Assembly (NCBI GenBank): GCA_011046415.1
Contig: DSAP01000089.1
Location: forward strand, 4,064 to 68,063
Source of the DNA: a bacterium
GTDB lineage: Bacteria > Zhuqueibacterota > QNDG01 > JABMRT01
Length of the DNA stretch: 64,000 bases
Direction: 5' to 3'
The translations under genes and the position numbers were made by a program. Below, piece by piece: positions 28,454 to 37,871 of the stretch. Every line of letters starts with the position of its first letter. The first letter of the stretch is position 1. The notes below the pieces were generated by a model. It made no database searches, was not told the origin of the DNA, and was given only the letters and a program-made list of their open reading frames with translations.

Positions 28454-29399
28454 CCATGATGTCCTGCGCGGTGCATCCCCGCGAAAGATCCATGGCCGGT
28501 TTTTTTAATCCCTGAATCAAGGGTCCCAGTGCCGTGGCATTGGCCAGGCGTTGTGTCAGTTTATAGGCGATGTTCGCCGCGTCGAGATTGGGAAAAATCA
28601 GGACATTCGCATGTCCGGCAACCGGACTCTCCGGCGCCTTTTTCCGGCCCACGGACCGGACGAGCGCCGCATCACCCTGCAGCTCGCCGTCCACCTTGAG
28701 TCCGGGGGCCTGCTCTCTGATCCGGCGCGTCGCCTCCCTCACCTTGTCGACGAGAGGATGCTCGGCGCTGCCTTTCGTCGAGAAGGAAAGCATGGCTACG
28801 ACCGGTTCTTCTCCTGTCAGTTTATGATGTGTCTGCGCCGATGCGATGGCGATGCTCGCCAACTGTTCCGGGTTCGGATCGGGCACCACCCCGGCATCCG
28901 CGTAAGTCAGGGGACATGGCCATCCGGGGACAAGCATGAGGAAACAGCTCGAAACAACGGCCAACCCTTCGGCCATGCCGACACACTGGATGCCGGCGCG
29001 CAGGACGTCTCCGGTGGTGTGGACGGCGCCGGCCACGCTCCCGTCGGCATCACCGGAACGGATCATCATGGCGCCGAAATAGAGCGGCTGGCCCATCAGC
29101 CGAAAAGCCTCTTCGGGCGTCATTCCTTTTTGTTTTCGTAGTGCATAATAGGCCTGCGCGTAGGTCTCCCGCTTCGATGAGGCTTCGGGATCGATCATGT
29201 CGATCTGATCCAGAGACAATCCGAGCGAGGAGGCTTGCTCATGCATTCGCCCGGAATCGCCCAGCACCGTGATCCGGCATATTCCGTTTTGCGTCAAACC
29301 TGAAGCGGCTTCGAGGGTGCGAATATCCGACCCTTCTGGAAGGACGATTCGGCTTCGCCGTTTTGTCGCCTCATCCCGGATGCGTTCCAGTAGCGTCAT
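28419..29399 (-). CDS. pta: Phosphate acetyltransferase
   Basis: 326-aa PTA domain (RIVLPEG.D, GxxHTTGD). The start ATG overlaps the coaD stop (ATGA). Confidence 0.85.
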   Translation of the reverse strand: MTLLERIRDEATKRRSRIVLPEGSDIRTLEAASGLTQNGICRITVLGDSGRMHEQASSLGLSLDQIDMIDPEASSKRETYAQAYYALRKQKGMTPEEAFRLMGQPLYFGAMMIRSGDADGSVAGAVHTTGDVLRAGIQCVGMAEGLAVVSSCFLMLVPGWPCPLTYADAGVVPDPNPEQLASIAIASAQTHHKLTGEEPVVAMLSFSTKGSAEHPLVDKVREATRRIREQAPGLKVDGELQGDAALVRSVGRKKAPESPVAGHANVLIFPNLDAANIAYKLTQRLANATALGPLIQGLKKPAMDLSRGCTAQDIMDVAAICCLLGK

Positions 29400-29899
29400 C
29401 CGGGGTAAACTCCGGATTCACCGCGATTCAGTTTTTCCATCAGGGCGGTTGCCGCAGCGGCAGGCAGGAAACAACGGACCTCGCCTCCGAGCCGGGCCAC
29501 TTCCTTCACGATGGAGGAGTTGATATAGGTATATTCTTCGCTGGGCATCAAAAAAACGGTCTCCATATCGGGATTGAGTTTTCGGTTCATCAGCGCCATT
29601 TGAAATTCATATTCAAAATCGGAAACCGCACGCAGGCCGCGGATCACAGCCACCGCCTTCATCTTCCCGGCATAATTTGCCAGAAGCCCTTCAAAGACCC
29701 GGACTTCCACATTTTTCAAATCCAGTACGGTCTCCTCAAGCAGTCGCTTCCTTTCTTCCCGTGAAAACAGGGGGCGCTTGTTCTCGTTCTCGGCCACGGC
29801 CACCACGATACGATCAAACAGGCTGGCGGCCCGTTGAATGATGTCCACATGTCCCTTTGTGACCGGGTCAAAGGTTCCTGGGTAGATGGCCGTACGCAT
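29396..29899 (-). CDS. coaD: Phosphopantetheine adenylyltransferase
   Basis: MRTAIYPGTFDPVTKGHVDIIQRA.., the canonical CoaD N-terminus. The track ORF has an unlikely 24-aa N-terminal extension. Confidence 0.85.
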   Translation of the reverse strand: MRTAIYPGTFDPVTKGHVDIIQRAASLFDRIVVAVAENENKRPLFSREERKRLLEETVLDLKNVEVRVFEGLLANYAGKMKAVAVIRGLRAVSDFEYEFQMALMNRKLNPDMETVFLMPSEEYTYINSSIVKEVARLGGEVRCFLPAAAATALMEKLNRGESGVYPG

Positions 29900-29967
29900 C
29901 GGTTTGTATCTCTTCCGCTTCAGACAGAAGGAAGAAATCTCCTTTCCTCCCAAACAATCGTTTTTGT

Positions 29968-30546
29968 TCACGGCATGGAGCCGTTGCGTTCATCCTCGTC
30001 GATCCGATAAATGCTGATCACACAATGGCCGAACTTCCGTTCCCGGTGTTTTCTGAATCCCCGAGTATCGTCTGCCCGGTCATGGGCTTCATGCTCGATG
30101 AGCAGTTCGCCCGCGGCTTCCAAAACCGGATTGCGTTCGAAAACCTCAATAATCCGACCATGAAGCGCTTCACTGAAAGGGGGATCCGCTATGACATAAT
30201 CGTAACGGGAAGCCGAGTCCACGAGTCCCGCCAGTCTTGAAAACACATCCCCCCGTATGACCCTCGCCCTGTCCTGAAAGCCGCACAATCTCAGATTTTC
30301 CCGGATCAGTTGCGACTGGGTCCTCCCGATTTCGATGAAGGTCGCCTCGGCAGCCCCCCGGCTCAGGGCCTCGATACCCAGTGAGCCGCTGCCTGCAAAA
30401 CAATCGAGGACGCTGGAACCTGCGATATCCGGGCCGATATAGGAAAAAATAAACTCTTTAACCCGTCCTGTTGTCGGACGAAACACGCTTCCTTTCGGGC
30501 CGGGCAGTCTTCGTCCCTTGGCGGTGCCGCCGATGACGCGTATCAC
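29968..30546 (-). CDS. rsmD: 16S rRNA (guanine966-N2)-methyltransferase RsmD
   Basis: LDCFAGSGSLGIEALSRGA SAM motif, and a DPPF motif (IADPPFSE). Confidence 0.8.
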   Translation of the reverse strand: MIRVIGGTAKGRRLPGPKGSVFRPTTGRVKEFIFSYIGPDIAGSSVLDCFAGSGSLGIEALSRGAAEATFIEIGRTQSQLIRENLRLCGFQDRARVIRGDVFSRLAGLVDSASRYDYVIADPPFSEALHGRIIEVFERNPVLEAAGELLIEHEAHDRADDTRGFRKHRERKFGHCVISIYRIDEDERNGSMP

Positions 30547-30593
30547 TCATGCCTGCCCGTTAAAGTCATCTCCAAGGTTATCAAACGCCGCAT

Positions 30594-31673
30594 TCAGCCG
30601 ATTTCCACCCAGAAGGTGATGCCCATTTTAACCCGGGATGCATGGAAATCTGCAATATCGGCCGGAGCCAGGAGTAATTTACTCACGCCCCAATGGCCTT
30701 CGATTTGTTTCAGGTCATGCATGAAAGCAAACACATTTTTTTTCTCACCCTCGATGATCATGTGTCCCGATGAGTGCTGTTTCGGCTGCTGAACGATGCC
30801 CGCCGGCTTCGCAATGCTCTGTAAAGCAATTCCGTGTTGAGCGCAGAGGGTTTTGATCCGCCCATGAAAGCTTGTCATCGTGGGATAAGGATTGGCGCCC
30901 GGTGACGGTGCATGTGCACTGAAAGGGGGGAGGGTCCCTGAGACGACCCCCCAGTAGTTGTCCTGGCCTGCCGTCCTGTGTCTCTCTTCGGGAGATACCG
31001 CATAATTGTCCGCACCAAAAAGGGTCTGAATCCGCTGCCCCATGGCATCGGCGACACCGGGGGTCTTCGAGACATACTCAACCAGATACCGGTTATTGTT
31101 GATGATGACGACACCGGCCTGACCCTGGGCGCTCAGGTTTTCAAAAACCGTCCGGGTTCCTGCGAGAACGTCATAACGTCCCTCGACGGCCGGCCGGATC
31201 GTCTCCGGTGTTTGTTCCTGGTCCGTTGGCTGAGCGGGAGCCGTTTCTGCCGGTTGCACGGGACGCACCGCAACCGGTTTCGTTGCCGGAGGTTTGGGCT
31301 TCGGTAATTTGATTGCTACGGGCTTGTTCAATGTGGGATAGATGACATATATAAACAACACAGCGGCCACGGCAAACAACCCGACCCCGATGAGTAGCCA
31401 GGGAGGAGATTTCTTCGGTCCGGACCCTTCGAACGTATAATCATCATCCAGACCCTCTTCTTCCTCTTCGAAATCAGGAAGGGTTTCGTCACCATCCAGC
31501 AGTGTATCTCCCCCCAGCCCGGCATCGTCCGACAAATCATCCCCCAGGTTCAGATCGCCTGAGAAATCATCATTATCCCGTCTGCCAGCGTCCGATGACC
31601 CCGAAGGCCGTTGTTCAGGGGAACTGTCGCTTTGGTCTTCGAAGCCTTCGTCAAATAAATTAATATCTACCAT
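30594..31673 (-). CDS. Bitopic membrane protein with a polyacidic cytoplasmic N-terminus, one TM helix, a Pro-rich linker and a periplasmic domain (PilN/O/P-like role possible)
   Basis: D/E-rich N-terminus (DFEEEEEGLDDDY), TM helix PPWLLIGVGLFAVAAVLFIYVIY, linker LPKPKPPATKPVAVRPVQPAETAPAQP, and an about 180-aa C-terminal domain. Confidence 0.45.
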   Translation of the reverse strand: MVDINLFDEGFEDQSDSSPEQRPSGSSDAGRRDNDDFSGDLNLGDDLSDDAGLGGDTLLDGDETLPDFEEEEEGLDDDYTFEGSGPKKSPPWLLIGVGLFAVAAVLFIYVIYPTLNKPVAIKLPKPKPPATKPVAVRPVQPAETAPAQPTDQEQTPETIRPAVEGRYDVLAGTRTVFENLSAQGQAGVVIINNNRYLVEYVSKTPGVADAMGQRIQTLFGADNYAVSPEERHRTAGQDNYWGVVSGTLPPFSAHAPSPGANPYPTMTSFHGRIKTLCAQHGIALQSIAKPAGIVQQPKQHSSGHMIIEGEKKNVFAFMHDLKQIEGHWGVSKLLLAPADIADFHASRVKMGITFWVEIG

Positions 31674-31690
31674 GTGACGACTCCTCCATG

Positions 31691-32704
31691 CTATCGGTTT
31701 GGGTTAACCGTCATCTCCATAGAGAGAGAGGGCAGACGTTTCAAAGCCAACCCCATCGACGCCATATAACGTTCGGGACGATGGACAAAATCCTCGGTCC
31801 CGGTCAATGAATCGACAGTTCGTACCCGATAAAACGGATTTACTTTTTTTATGGGTACGGTCAAAGATGAAGATAACGCCTGAAGAACACCCTCCGGATC
31901 ATTCTCCCCGCAAAGAAATACAGCACTGAATGCCGCCATGTCATTTCCGAGACGGTGCGCGAAAACAAGACGCTTAACTTCTTTCTGGATTAATTCAGCC
32001 ATATCTTGCGCCGGCATCCGGTTGTTTGCCCTGTTTGCCGGTTTTTGTAGTGTTACACGATGGCAGAGAAAAAAGTCACGTCGTTTGATCACCGTCAATG
32101 AAAGGGCATCAGCCTCGATTTTGGCAAGCAATACCAGATCATTTTGGGAAATATCGTAATTACCGAGAACCGCATGGATTTGTGTGAATACATCCACGTC
32201 GATGTCGTTGAGCCGATAACCGGCCCTTTCGATAAGCCGTCGCGTCGCCGTAACGATCCACTTGCGCACGAGAACAGTCACATAGAGAGGGTCTCCTGAA
32301 GCCTGTTGTGCGGGCAATCGGCTGCTGACGCGGGTGTAACCGTCGATATCCGATATGCAGGCCTGTCTGGCCTCCCACTCAATCTGTTGTTCAAGGAAGG
32401 TCTTATCCATGCCCAGAGCTATGGGAAACCGTTTGATCTGGACCATCTCCTGGCCGAGAACGACTCCGACTTGCTTGCCGCTGCATTTGACCGTGTTGCA
32501 TAATTTCCGAACGACATCAACAAGATTGCCGAAAGCCACCTCCTCTGAACGGAGGGTGTCTATGCCGAAAGGATGCACCATTTCCTGTGAACCGATCGCG
32601 TGGACTTTACCGTTTTCAATCGACACCACGCTCGCCCGTTCTTTCTGAAATGTCAGGGCAAGAAACGATCTTCCTTCGTTCGTGGATGGCACAGGCATTC
32701 CCAA
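31691..32704 (-). CDS. PilM-like actin-fold protein (type IV pilus/competence inner-membrane platform component). The first ATP-binding motif is degenerate.
   Basis: VGVVLGQEMVQIKRFPIALGMDKTFLEQQIEWEARQ follows the PilM consensus (V.v.lp...v..k.i.lP.m...el..ai.fEA.q). Confidence 0.5.
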   Translation of the reverse strand: MGMPVPSTNEGRSFLALTFQKERASVVSIENGKVHAIGSQEMVHPFGIDTLRSEEVAFGNLVDVVRKLCNTVKCSGKQVGVVLGQEMVQIKRFPIALGMDKTFLEQQIEWEARQACISDIDGYTRVSSRLPAQQASGDPLYVTVLVRKWIVTATRRLIERAGYRLNDIDVDVFTQIHAVLGNYDISQNDLVLLAKIEADALSLTVIKRRDFFLCHRVTLQKPANRANNRMPAQDMAELIQKEVKRLVFAHRLGNDMAAFSAVFLCGENDPEGVLQALSSSLTVPIKKVNPFYRVRTVDSLTGTEDFVHRPERYMASMGLALKRLPSLSMEMTVNPNR

Positions 32705-32713
32705 TCAAAAACG

Positions 32714-34588
32714 TCAGCGGCCAATTTGTTCCCAGCTTTTCTTGCCGTCTTCATCGATCATGCCGTGCGATCGAATCGAGGCCCCTCCGAATATTTTCTG
32801 AAAAGCCGGGACATGGAGTTTGACTTTGCTCGTATCTTTCGTTGACGGATCAACGACCAGGGTAACGACATGGGTCTCCCTGGATTTCGGGATGTCTGTT
32901 TCCTCCTTTGGGGGTACAATCTCAAGGGTGTCTGCGACACCGGTCTCGCCCTCTATGAACTCGGGAATCGGAAATTTGTAGGGACTGATGGATAAATCAC
33001 GGGTCTCCTCGATCGGACATCGGATCGAAAACTTTTTGATTGCGGCCGTATCCACGATTTGAATCAGATAGGGGGTTTTCGCCACCGGGCAGAGATCCAG
33101 AGAATCGATCAGTTGTCCACGAAACAGACCGACGATTCCATACCGGTACAGGCCCGATCCTTTTTCATCGGTTTTCTCCGACACGTTTCGCCACACCGTG
33201 TCAGCCTCAGGCAGGGAAAGGCCGCGGACAATGGAAGCCGTGGCTTTCCGGCCCAGTACCGCATCCCATTTCACGGCGAGATCGAGCGCCCGGAGGCCGG
33301 CCTGTTTTTCTTCATTTTTTTCTTCTTCCTGTTTCCACAATTCGATCCATTCTGTGTTCCACAATTCTTCCTTCAGTTCCACCCACCTGGCGGCCTTGTT
33401 AATGCTTTTTTGTTCGTTCCATCGCCTGTGAGCGTCATCTTCCCATTCAACCCGTCTGTCAGACTGCCACAAAGCCTCGATGATATCTTCAATGTGCTTT
33501 TTGTTGTTTCGTTCCCAATCGGCGTATTCGACATGACGAATCGAATCGGAAACGGTACGCCAGAGCGAATCCCGGTTCGCCTTGAAAAAAACCAGGGCGC
33601 TGTCAGTCGGCTGGGATTTTTCCTGATTATCGATCCATTGTTTCTTGCGATCGAGCTCCCACTGCTGTGAAATATTCCGCCGCCATAAGGCTTCGTTCTC
33701 GGCCGGCCAGGTGTCTTTTTCCTTTTTCCACAGAGATCTGCTTTCCTGTCGCCAGACCACTTCCTTGGTTTTATCCCACAAAGTTTTTTCATGAATCATC
33801 CACAATGAATCGCGCTGGGCGGTACTCAGGGTGTCCATATCGGCTTCCCAGGCTGCCCGTTTCATTTTCTTCCAGGTATCCTGATCGGCTTTGTCCCAAA
33901 TATCGGAACGGGTGGCCGTTTCAATAATCTCGGAAAGTTTCTCATAAAAAAGAGGATAGAGTGCACCCCAATCACGAGTTCTGTGAACGGGGATCCCGCG
34001 CCTGAGCTCCTGTCGCATTCGGCTTTTTCGGTACATGGGAATGGGGGCGTTTTCCACAAGGCTCTGGAAAAGACGGTTGCCGAATAAAGCCGTCCATACG
34101 ATACCGGTATCGATTTCTGCGACGGCATCCGTGCCTGCCGAGTCCAGTTTTTCCTCAAGTGCGGCGATCAGTTTGTATCCCAGTGAATCCCAGCGTGTCA
34201 GGTTTCTCAGGGACCGGCTCTCCGTAAGCGTTGTTGTGATGAGGTTCCGCAAGGATTCAGGAAACGGGCGTGAGTAAACAATCGGCTTTAGATTCTTTTC
34301 AAGGGTCAGGCCGTTCCAGTTGATCGCGCTGTCGATCGCCACAATCGCCGCGTCATCGGCCAGGACCACCTCCTTGAGCCTGTCCAGGCTGTCCGTATAA
34401 TTTAAGACCAGGTTGATATACTGTAGTTCGAGATGGTTGATCGCATCCATACGTGCCCGGCAAACCGATTCGAGCGCGTTTTCTTTTTGCCAGACCGTTT
34501 TGGGATACAGGATGGTCCCGATCAGCGCGATCGCAAGGACGCAAATTGCAATTTTAAACAAGATGTTTCCCTTTGATTTCTCTGCCAT
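32714..34588 (-). CDS. Membrane-anchored protein with a long array of periodic Trp-containing charged helical repeats, hypothetical
   Basis: N-terminal TM helix (ILFKIAICVLAIALIGTILY), then more than 25 Trp residues spaced about 7-12 aa apart (..DTWKKMKRAAWEADMD..SLWMIHEKTLWDKTKEVVWRQESRSLWKKEKDTW..). Confidence 0.5.
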   Translation of the reverse strand: MAEKSKGNILFKIAICVLAIALIGTILYPKTVWQKENALESVCRARMDAINHLELQYINLVLNYTDSLDRLKEVVLADDAAIVAIDSAINWNGLTLEKNLKPIVYSRPFPESLRNLITTTLTESRSLRNLTRWDSLGYKLIAALEEKLDSAGTDAVAEIDTGIVWTALFGNRLFQSLVENAPIPMYRKSRMRQELRRGIPVHRTRDWGALYPLFYEKLSEIIETATRSDIWDKADQDTWKKMKRAAWEADMDTLSTAQRDSLWMIHEKTLWDKTKEVVWRQESRSLWKKEKDTWPAENEALWRRNISQQWELDRKKQWIDNQEKSQPTDSALVFFKANRDSLWRTVSDSIRHVEYADWERNNKKHIEDIIEALWQSDRRVEWEDDAHRRWNEQKSINKAARWVELKEELWNTEWIELWKQEEEKNEEKQAGLRALDLAVKWDAVLGRKATASIVRGLSLPEADTVWRNVSEKTDEKGSGLYRYGIVGLFRGQLIDSLDLCPVAKTPYLIQIVDTAAIKKFSIRCPIEETRDLSISPYKFPIPEFIEGETGVADTLEIVPPKEETDIPKSRETHVVTLVVDPSTKDTSKVKLHVPAFQKIFGGASIRSHGMIDEDGKKSWEQIGR

Positions 34589-34618
34589 TTTAAAACCTCC
34601 CGTTAATGCTTCTCTGTG

Positions 34619-35044
34619 TTATCTAGAGACTTCGCTCGATGAATGAATCTGGATGTGAGTCCTTATATGTTCTAATTTTTTTGAACCGATTCCCTGAACT
34701 TTCAATAAATCTTCCGGGTTTCTGAACGGTCCGTTCTCTGTCCGGAAATTGACAATCCGATGGGCCAGGACAGGCCCGATTCCGGGCAATCCGGCCAACT
34801 CATCCGCTCCTGCATGGTTGATCGACAGCACGCCGACCAATTGCGGGCGCTTCTGACTTTGTTCATCTCTTCTGTCCGGTTCTCCCGCAACGGTGGAATC
34901 CGGTGTCGCAAGAGCAGGCGAAAAACCCTCAGGCTCAGGCAACGCAGCAAATCGATTCTGATAAAACCGAATGCCCGATCCGACCAAAAAACAGACGATT
35001 AGAAACCAAAAGAACCGTTGCTCTCTCTCGGTGAATCCAAGCAT
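34619..35044 (-). CDS. comEA: ComEA-family helix-hairpin-helix DNA-binding (competence) protein
   Basis: N-terminal TM helix, then the C-terminal HhH pair INHAGADELAGLPGIGPVLAHRIVNFRTENGPFRNPEDLLKVQGIGSKKLE. Confidence 0.8.
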   Translation of the reverse strand: MLGFTEREQRFFWFLIVCFLVGSGIRFYQNRFAALPEPEGFSPALATPDSTVAGEPDRRDEQSQKRPQLVGVLSINHAGADELAGLPGIGPVLAHRIVNFRTENGPFRNPEDLLKVQGIGSKKLEHIRTHIQIHSSSEVSR

Positions 35045-35062
35045 ACGATACCGCCGTCCGGT

Positions 35063-36151
35063 TTAGTCGGGGAAAATCTCCGGATGTCCGGCCAGCTGCT
35101 TTAAAATCCCCTTGACCTCCCTGGATACATTGACCGGTGTCCAGACATGGACCCGGATCAGTTGGTCTCCCCGGCCGCTACCGTGAAGATGCGGGACACC
35201 CTTTCCTTTCATGCGCAGAATCTTGCCGGACTGGGTTCCCGGTTCGATGACCAGTTTTGCCTTCCCGTTGATCGTCGGGATCTGGATTTCATCACCCAAA
35301 ACGGCCTGGGTATATCCCACATTCAAATTGTAAAGGATGTCGTCGCCATGCCGTTCGAAACGTTCATCCGGGATCTCTTCGATCAGGACGACCACATCCC
35401 CGCACGCCCCGCCCTTGGGTCCCGCGTCACCTTCTCCGCGCAGGGTCAGGTAATTGCCCGTCGAAACACCCGCCGGGATTTTCACCTGCACGGTCGATTC
35501 CCCCTTTTTTCTGCCGCTGCCCGTGCACGACCGGCAGGGTTCCGTGATGACACGACCCGACCCCCCGCAACGCGGACAGGTCGTGATATTGACAAACTGG
35601 CCGAACAACGACCGGCTGACCTGTCTGACCTGTCCGGCGCCGCCGCAGTCCGGGCAGGATTTCAGGGCTTCCGCGTTGGCCGCCCCGGATCCCTGGCACG
35701 CCTCACAGGGAAGCCACCGTTTGATCTTGATCCGCTTTTCGACCCCGCCGGCGACCTCCTCAAGGGTCAATTTAAGCCGGACCTGGAGATCCTGACCGCG
35801 CTGGGGTCCCGTTTTCTGGCCGGATTCGCCGAAAATATCACCGAATCCGCCGAATCCGCTCATGAACGTGCGCAATGCGTCGGAAAGATCGAAATCGAAA
35901 CCGCCGAATCCGCCCATGCCGCCGCCTCTGACGCCCTCATGGCCGAACCGGTCGTACCGTTGCCGTTTTTCAGGATCGCTCAGCACCTCATAGGCTTCTG
36001 CGGCTTCCTTGAACTTGTCCTCGGCCTCCCGGTCGCCCGGGTTGCGGTCAGGATGGTATTTCATCGCAAGCTGGCGGTAGGATTTTTTAATCTCATCCGC
36101 CGACGCATCGCGAGAAATTCCGAGCACGTGATAATAATCCTCTTTCGGCAT
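35063..36151 (-). CDS. dnaJ: Chaperone DnaJ
   Basis: J domain ([32 protein letters not shown]), a G/F region, and four CxxCxGxG zinc-finger repeats. Confidence 0.9.
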   Translation of the reverse strand: MPKEDYYHVLGISRDASADEIKKSYRQLAMKYHPDRNPGDREAEDKFKEAAEAYEVLSDPEKRQRYDRFGHEGVRGGGMGGFGGFDFDLSDALRTFMSGFGGFGDIFGESGQKTGPQRGQDLQVRLKLTLEEVAGGVEKRIKIKRWLPCEACQGSGAANAEALKSCPDCGGAGQVRQVSRSLFGQFVNITTCPRCGGSGRVITEPCRSCTGSGRKKGESTVQVKIPAGVSTGNYLTLRGEGDAGPKGGACGDVVVLIEEIPDERFERHGDDILYNLNVGYTQAVLGDEIQIPTINGKAKLVIEPGTQSGKILRMKGKGVPHLHGSGRGDQLIRVHVWTPVNVSREVKGILKQLAGHPEIFPD

Positions 36152-36168
36152 CCGAAGTCATGTCCCCA

Positions 36169-36750
36169 TTACTTGCTGATCACTACCCTGGCATGCCTCA
36201 GGACACTACCGTGGAGGGTATACCCTTTTTCATGCTCCTGGACCACCACGCCGGAGGGCGTTTCCGGATCTTCGACCAGCATCAGCGCATCGTGTTTGGA
36301 TACATCGAAAGGCTTCCCCAGGGAATCCATGGGTTCCAGTCCGTTGCTCCTCAAAATACCCGTGAACTTCTGATAAATCAATTCGATTCCCTGGCGAAAC
36401 AATTCCGGATCATAATCCTGCTCCGATGATGTTTTCAATGAACGTTCCAGATCATCCACCACAGGCAGCAAATCGAGAATCAGCCTCTTGTTTGCCCCCA
36501 GGATGGTCTGAGTGCTTTCGCGCTCGGTTCTTTTCTTCGTATTATCAAGCTCCGCGGCCGTTCTGAGCAGCCGATCTTTCAGCGTCTCATTTTCGGTTTC
36601 GGCGTGTTGAAGCGCCTCCTTTAATACGATGACTTCCCTCGAAAGACACCGGTCTTTCTCTCCCTTCCGGGATTTTTCTTTTTTAGTTTGCGGTACGCCT
36701 TTGATCGAAGACTCCCTTGATGCATGCGGATTCATTTCTTTTCCGGACAT
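36169..36750 (-). CDS. grpE: Nucleotide exchange factor GrpE
   Basis: LLRTAAELDNTKKRTERE, and a C-terminal GrpE beta domain. Confidence 0.85.
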   Translation of the reverse strand: MSGKEMNPHASRESSIKGVPQTKKEKSRKGEKDRCLSREVIVLKEALQHAETENETLKDRLLRTAAELDNTKKRTERESTQTILGANKRLILDLLPVVDDLERSLKTSSEQDYDPELFRQGIELIYQKFTGILRSNGLEPMDSLGKPFDVSKHDALMLVEDPETPSGVVVQEHEKGYTLHGSVLRHARVVISK

Positions 36751-36773
36751 TTTTATAAGTGCTTACCCATGAA

Positions 36774-37793
36774 TTACCGGCCGAGATGGGTGCTCATGAT
36801 TGCGGCCATGTGTTCGACAAGGGGGACGATCCGGCGATAGGGCATGCGAATGGGCCCGATGACCCCGATCGACCCCGTCTCTTTTCCCACGGAATAGGTC
36901 GCCTTGACGACACTGAAAGCCTGCAGTCGTTCGGTCGGGTTCTCGCGGCCGATCGAGATGCCGGGCGAAGGCGTAACGTCCTTCAATGCTTCGAGCAGGT
37001 CTTGTCGCTCTTCGACGAGTAAAAGCACTTCCCGCATCATACTCGGGTTTGCAAATTCCGGCTGCATGAGCATGTTTTGTGTGCCGCTCGTATGCACATC
37101 GAGCGGTTCGGCAAAATTAAAAAGGTCTTCGGCCGCCCCGACCATCCTGCGGATCAGTTCCGGGTGGCCGCCCGCGACTTCCTTCATCCGCTCCGAAATG
37201 GAATTTCGGATTTCCTCCAGCCGCAGTCCGTTCAGACGTTCGTTTAAAAGCGCCGCGGTTTTATCGAGATCCTCCTGCTTCAATTCGGATTCGATTTCAA
37301 GAATGACCGTCTTCGCCTGCCTGCTTTCCGCTCGAATCACGACGAGGACCTTGTTGTCGGACAGGGCGACAAATTCGAGCCGGTCGAACACCCAGTTACA
37401 CATCCAGGGGGTCAGCACCACCCCAAGCTCCCTCGAGATCTCTCCGAGTATCCGGGAGGCTTCTCCGAAAAGGCGTCTCAGGTTTCCCTGCTCCCGGCGG
37501 ATTCTCTCTTCGATCCGGATGCGTTCCTCCGGGCTCAACGCTTCACGCCGCATGAGCGACGTCACGTATGCACGGTATCCAAGATCGCTCGGTATCCGTG
37601 CGGAAGAGGTGTGCGGCTGTTTCAGATATCCCGTCTCTTCCAGGGCCATCATATCGTTCCGGACCGTGGCCGAACTGTAACCGAGGCGGTATTGTTTAAC
37701 GAGTTGGTCGGAGCCGATCGGCGTGGCCGTCTCGATATAATTCCGCACGATACAGCGCAACAATGTCTTATGCCGTCCTGAGAGTTCTTGCAT
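36774..37793 (-). CDS. hrcA: Heat-inducible transcription repressor HrcA
   Basis: N-terminal winged-HTH LLRCIVRNYIETATPIGSDQLVK, and HrcA-like overall length. Confidence 0.85.
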   Translation of the reverse strand: MQELSGRHKTLLRCIVRNYIETATPIGSDQLVKQYRLGYSSATVRNDMMALEETGYLKQPHTSSARIPSDLGYRAYVTSLMRREALSPEERIRIEERIRREQGNLRRLFGEASRILGEISRELGVVLTPWMCNWVFDRLEFVALSDNKVLVVIRAESRQAKTVILEIESELKQEDLDKTAALLNERLNGLRLEEIRNSISERMKEVAGGHPELIRRMVGAAEDLFNFAEPLDVHTSGTQNMLMQPEFANPSMMREVLLLVEERQDLLEALKDVTPSPGISIGRENPTERLQAFSVVKATYSVGKETGSIGVIGPIRMPYRRIVPLVEHMAAIMSTHLGR

Positions 37794-37824
37794 AACCTTA
37801 CAAAATTATCACAATAAACCGAAT

Positions 37825-37846
37825 AAATGTAAAGATTTTTACATTT
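37825..37846. promoter_or_regulatory. AT-rich inverted repeat (AAATGTAA-N6-TTACATTT) about 35 nt upstream of hrcA. It is not a canonical CIRCE.
   Basis: Seen directly in the sequence. No TTAGCACTC-N9-GAGTGCTAA element is present in the hrcA upstream region. Confidence 0.25.
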
Positions 37847-37871
37847 TGTGTCAAGCTAAAACATTTATGTA

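Noticed and set aside
37794-37871. CIRCE operator (TTAGCACTC-N9-GAGTGCTAA) upstream of hrcA
   Set aside because: No match even allowing 2-3 mismatches by eye. Only an unrelated AT-rich 8-N6-8 palindrome is present.
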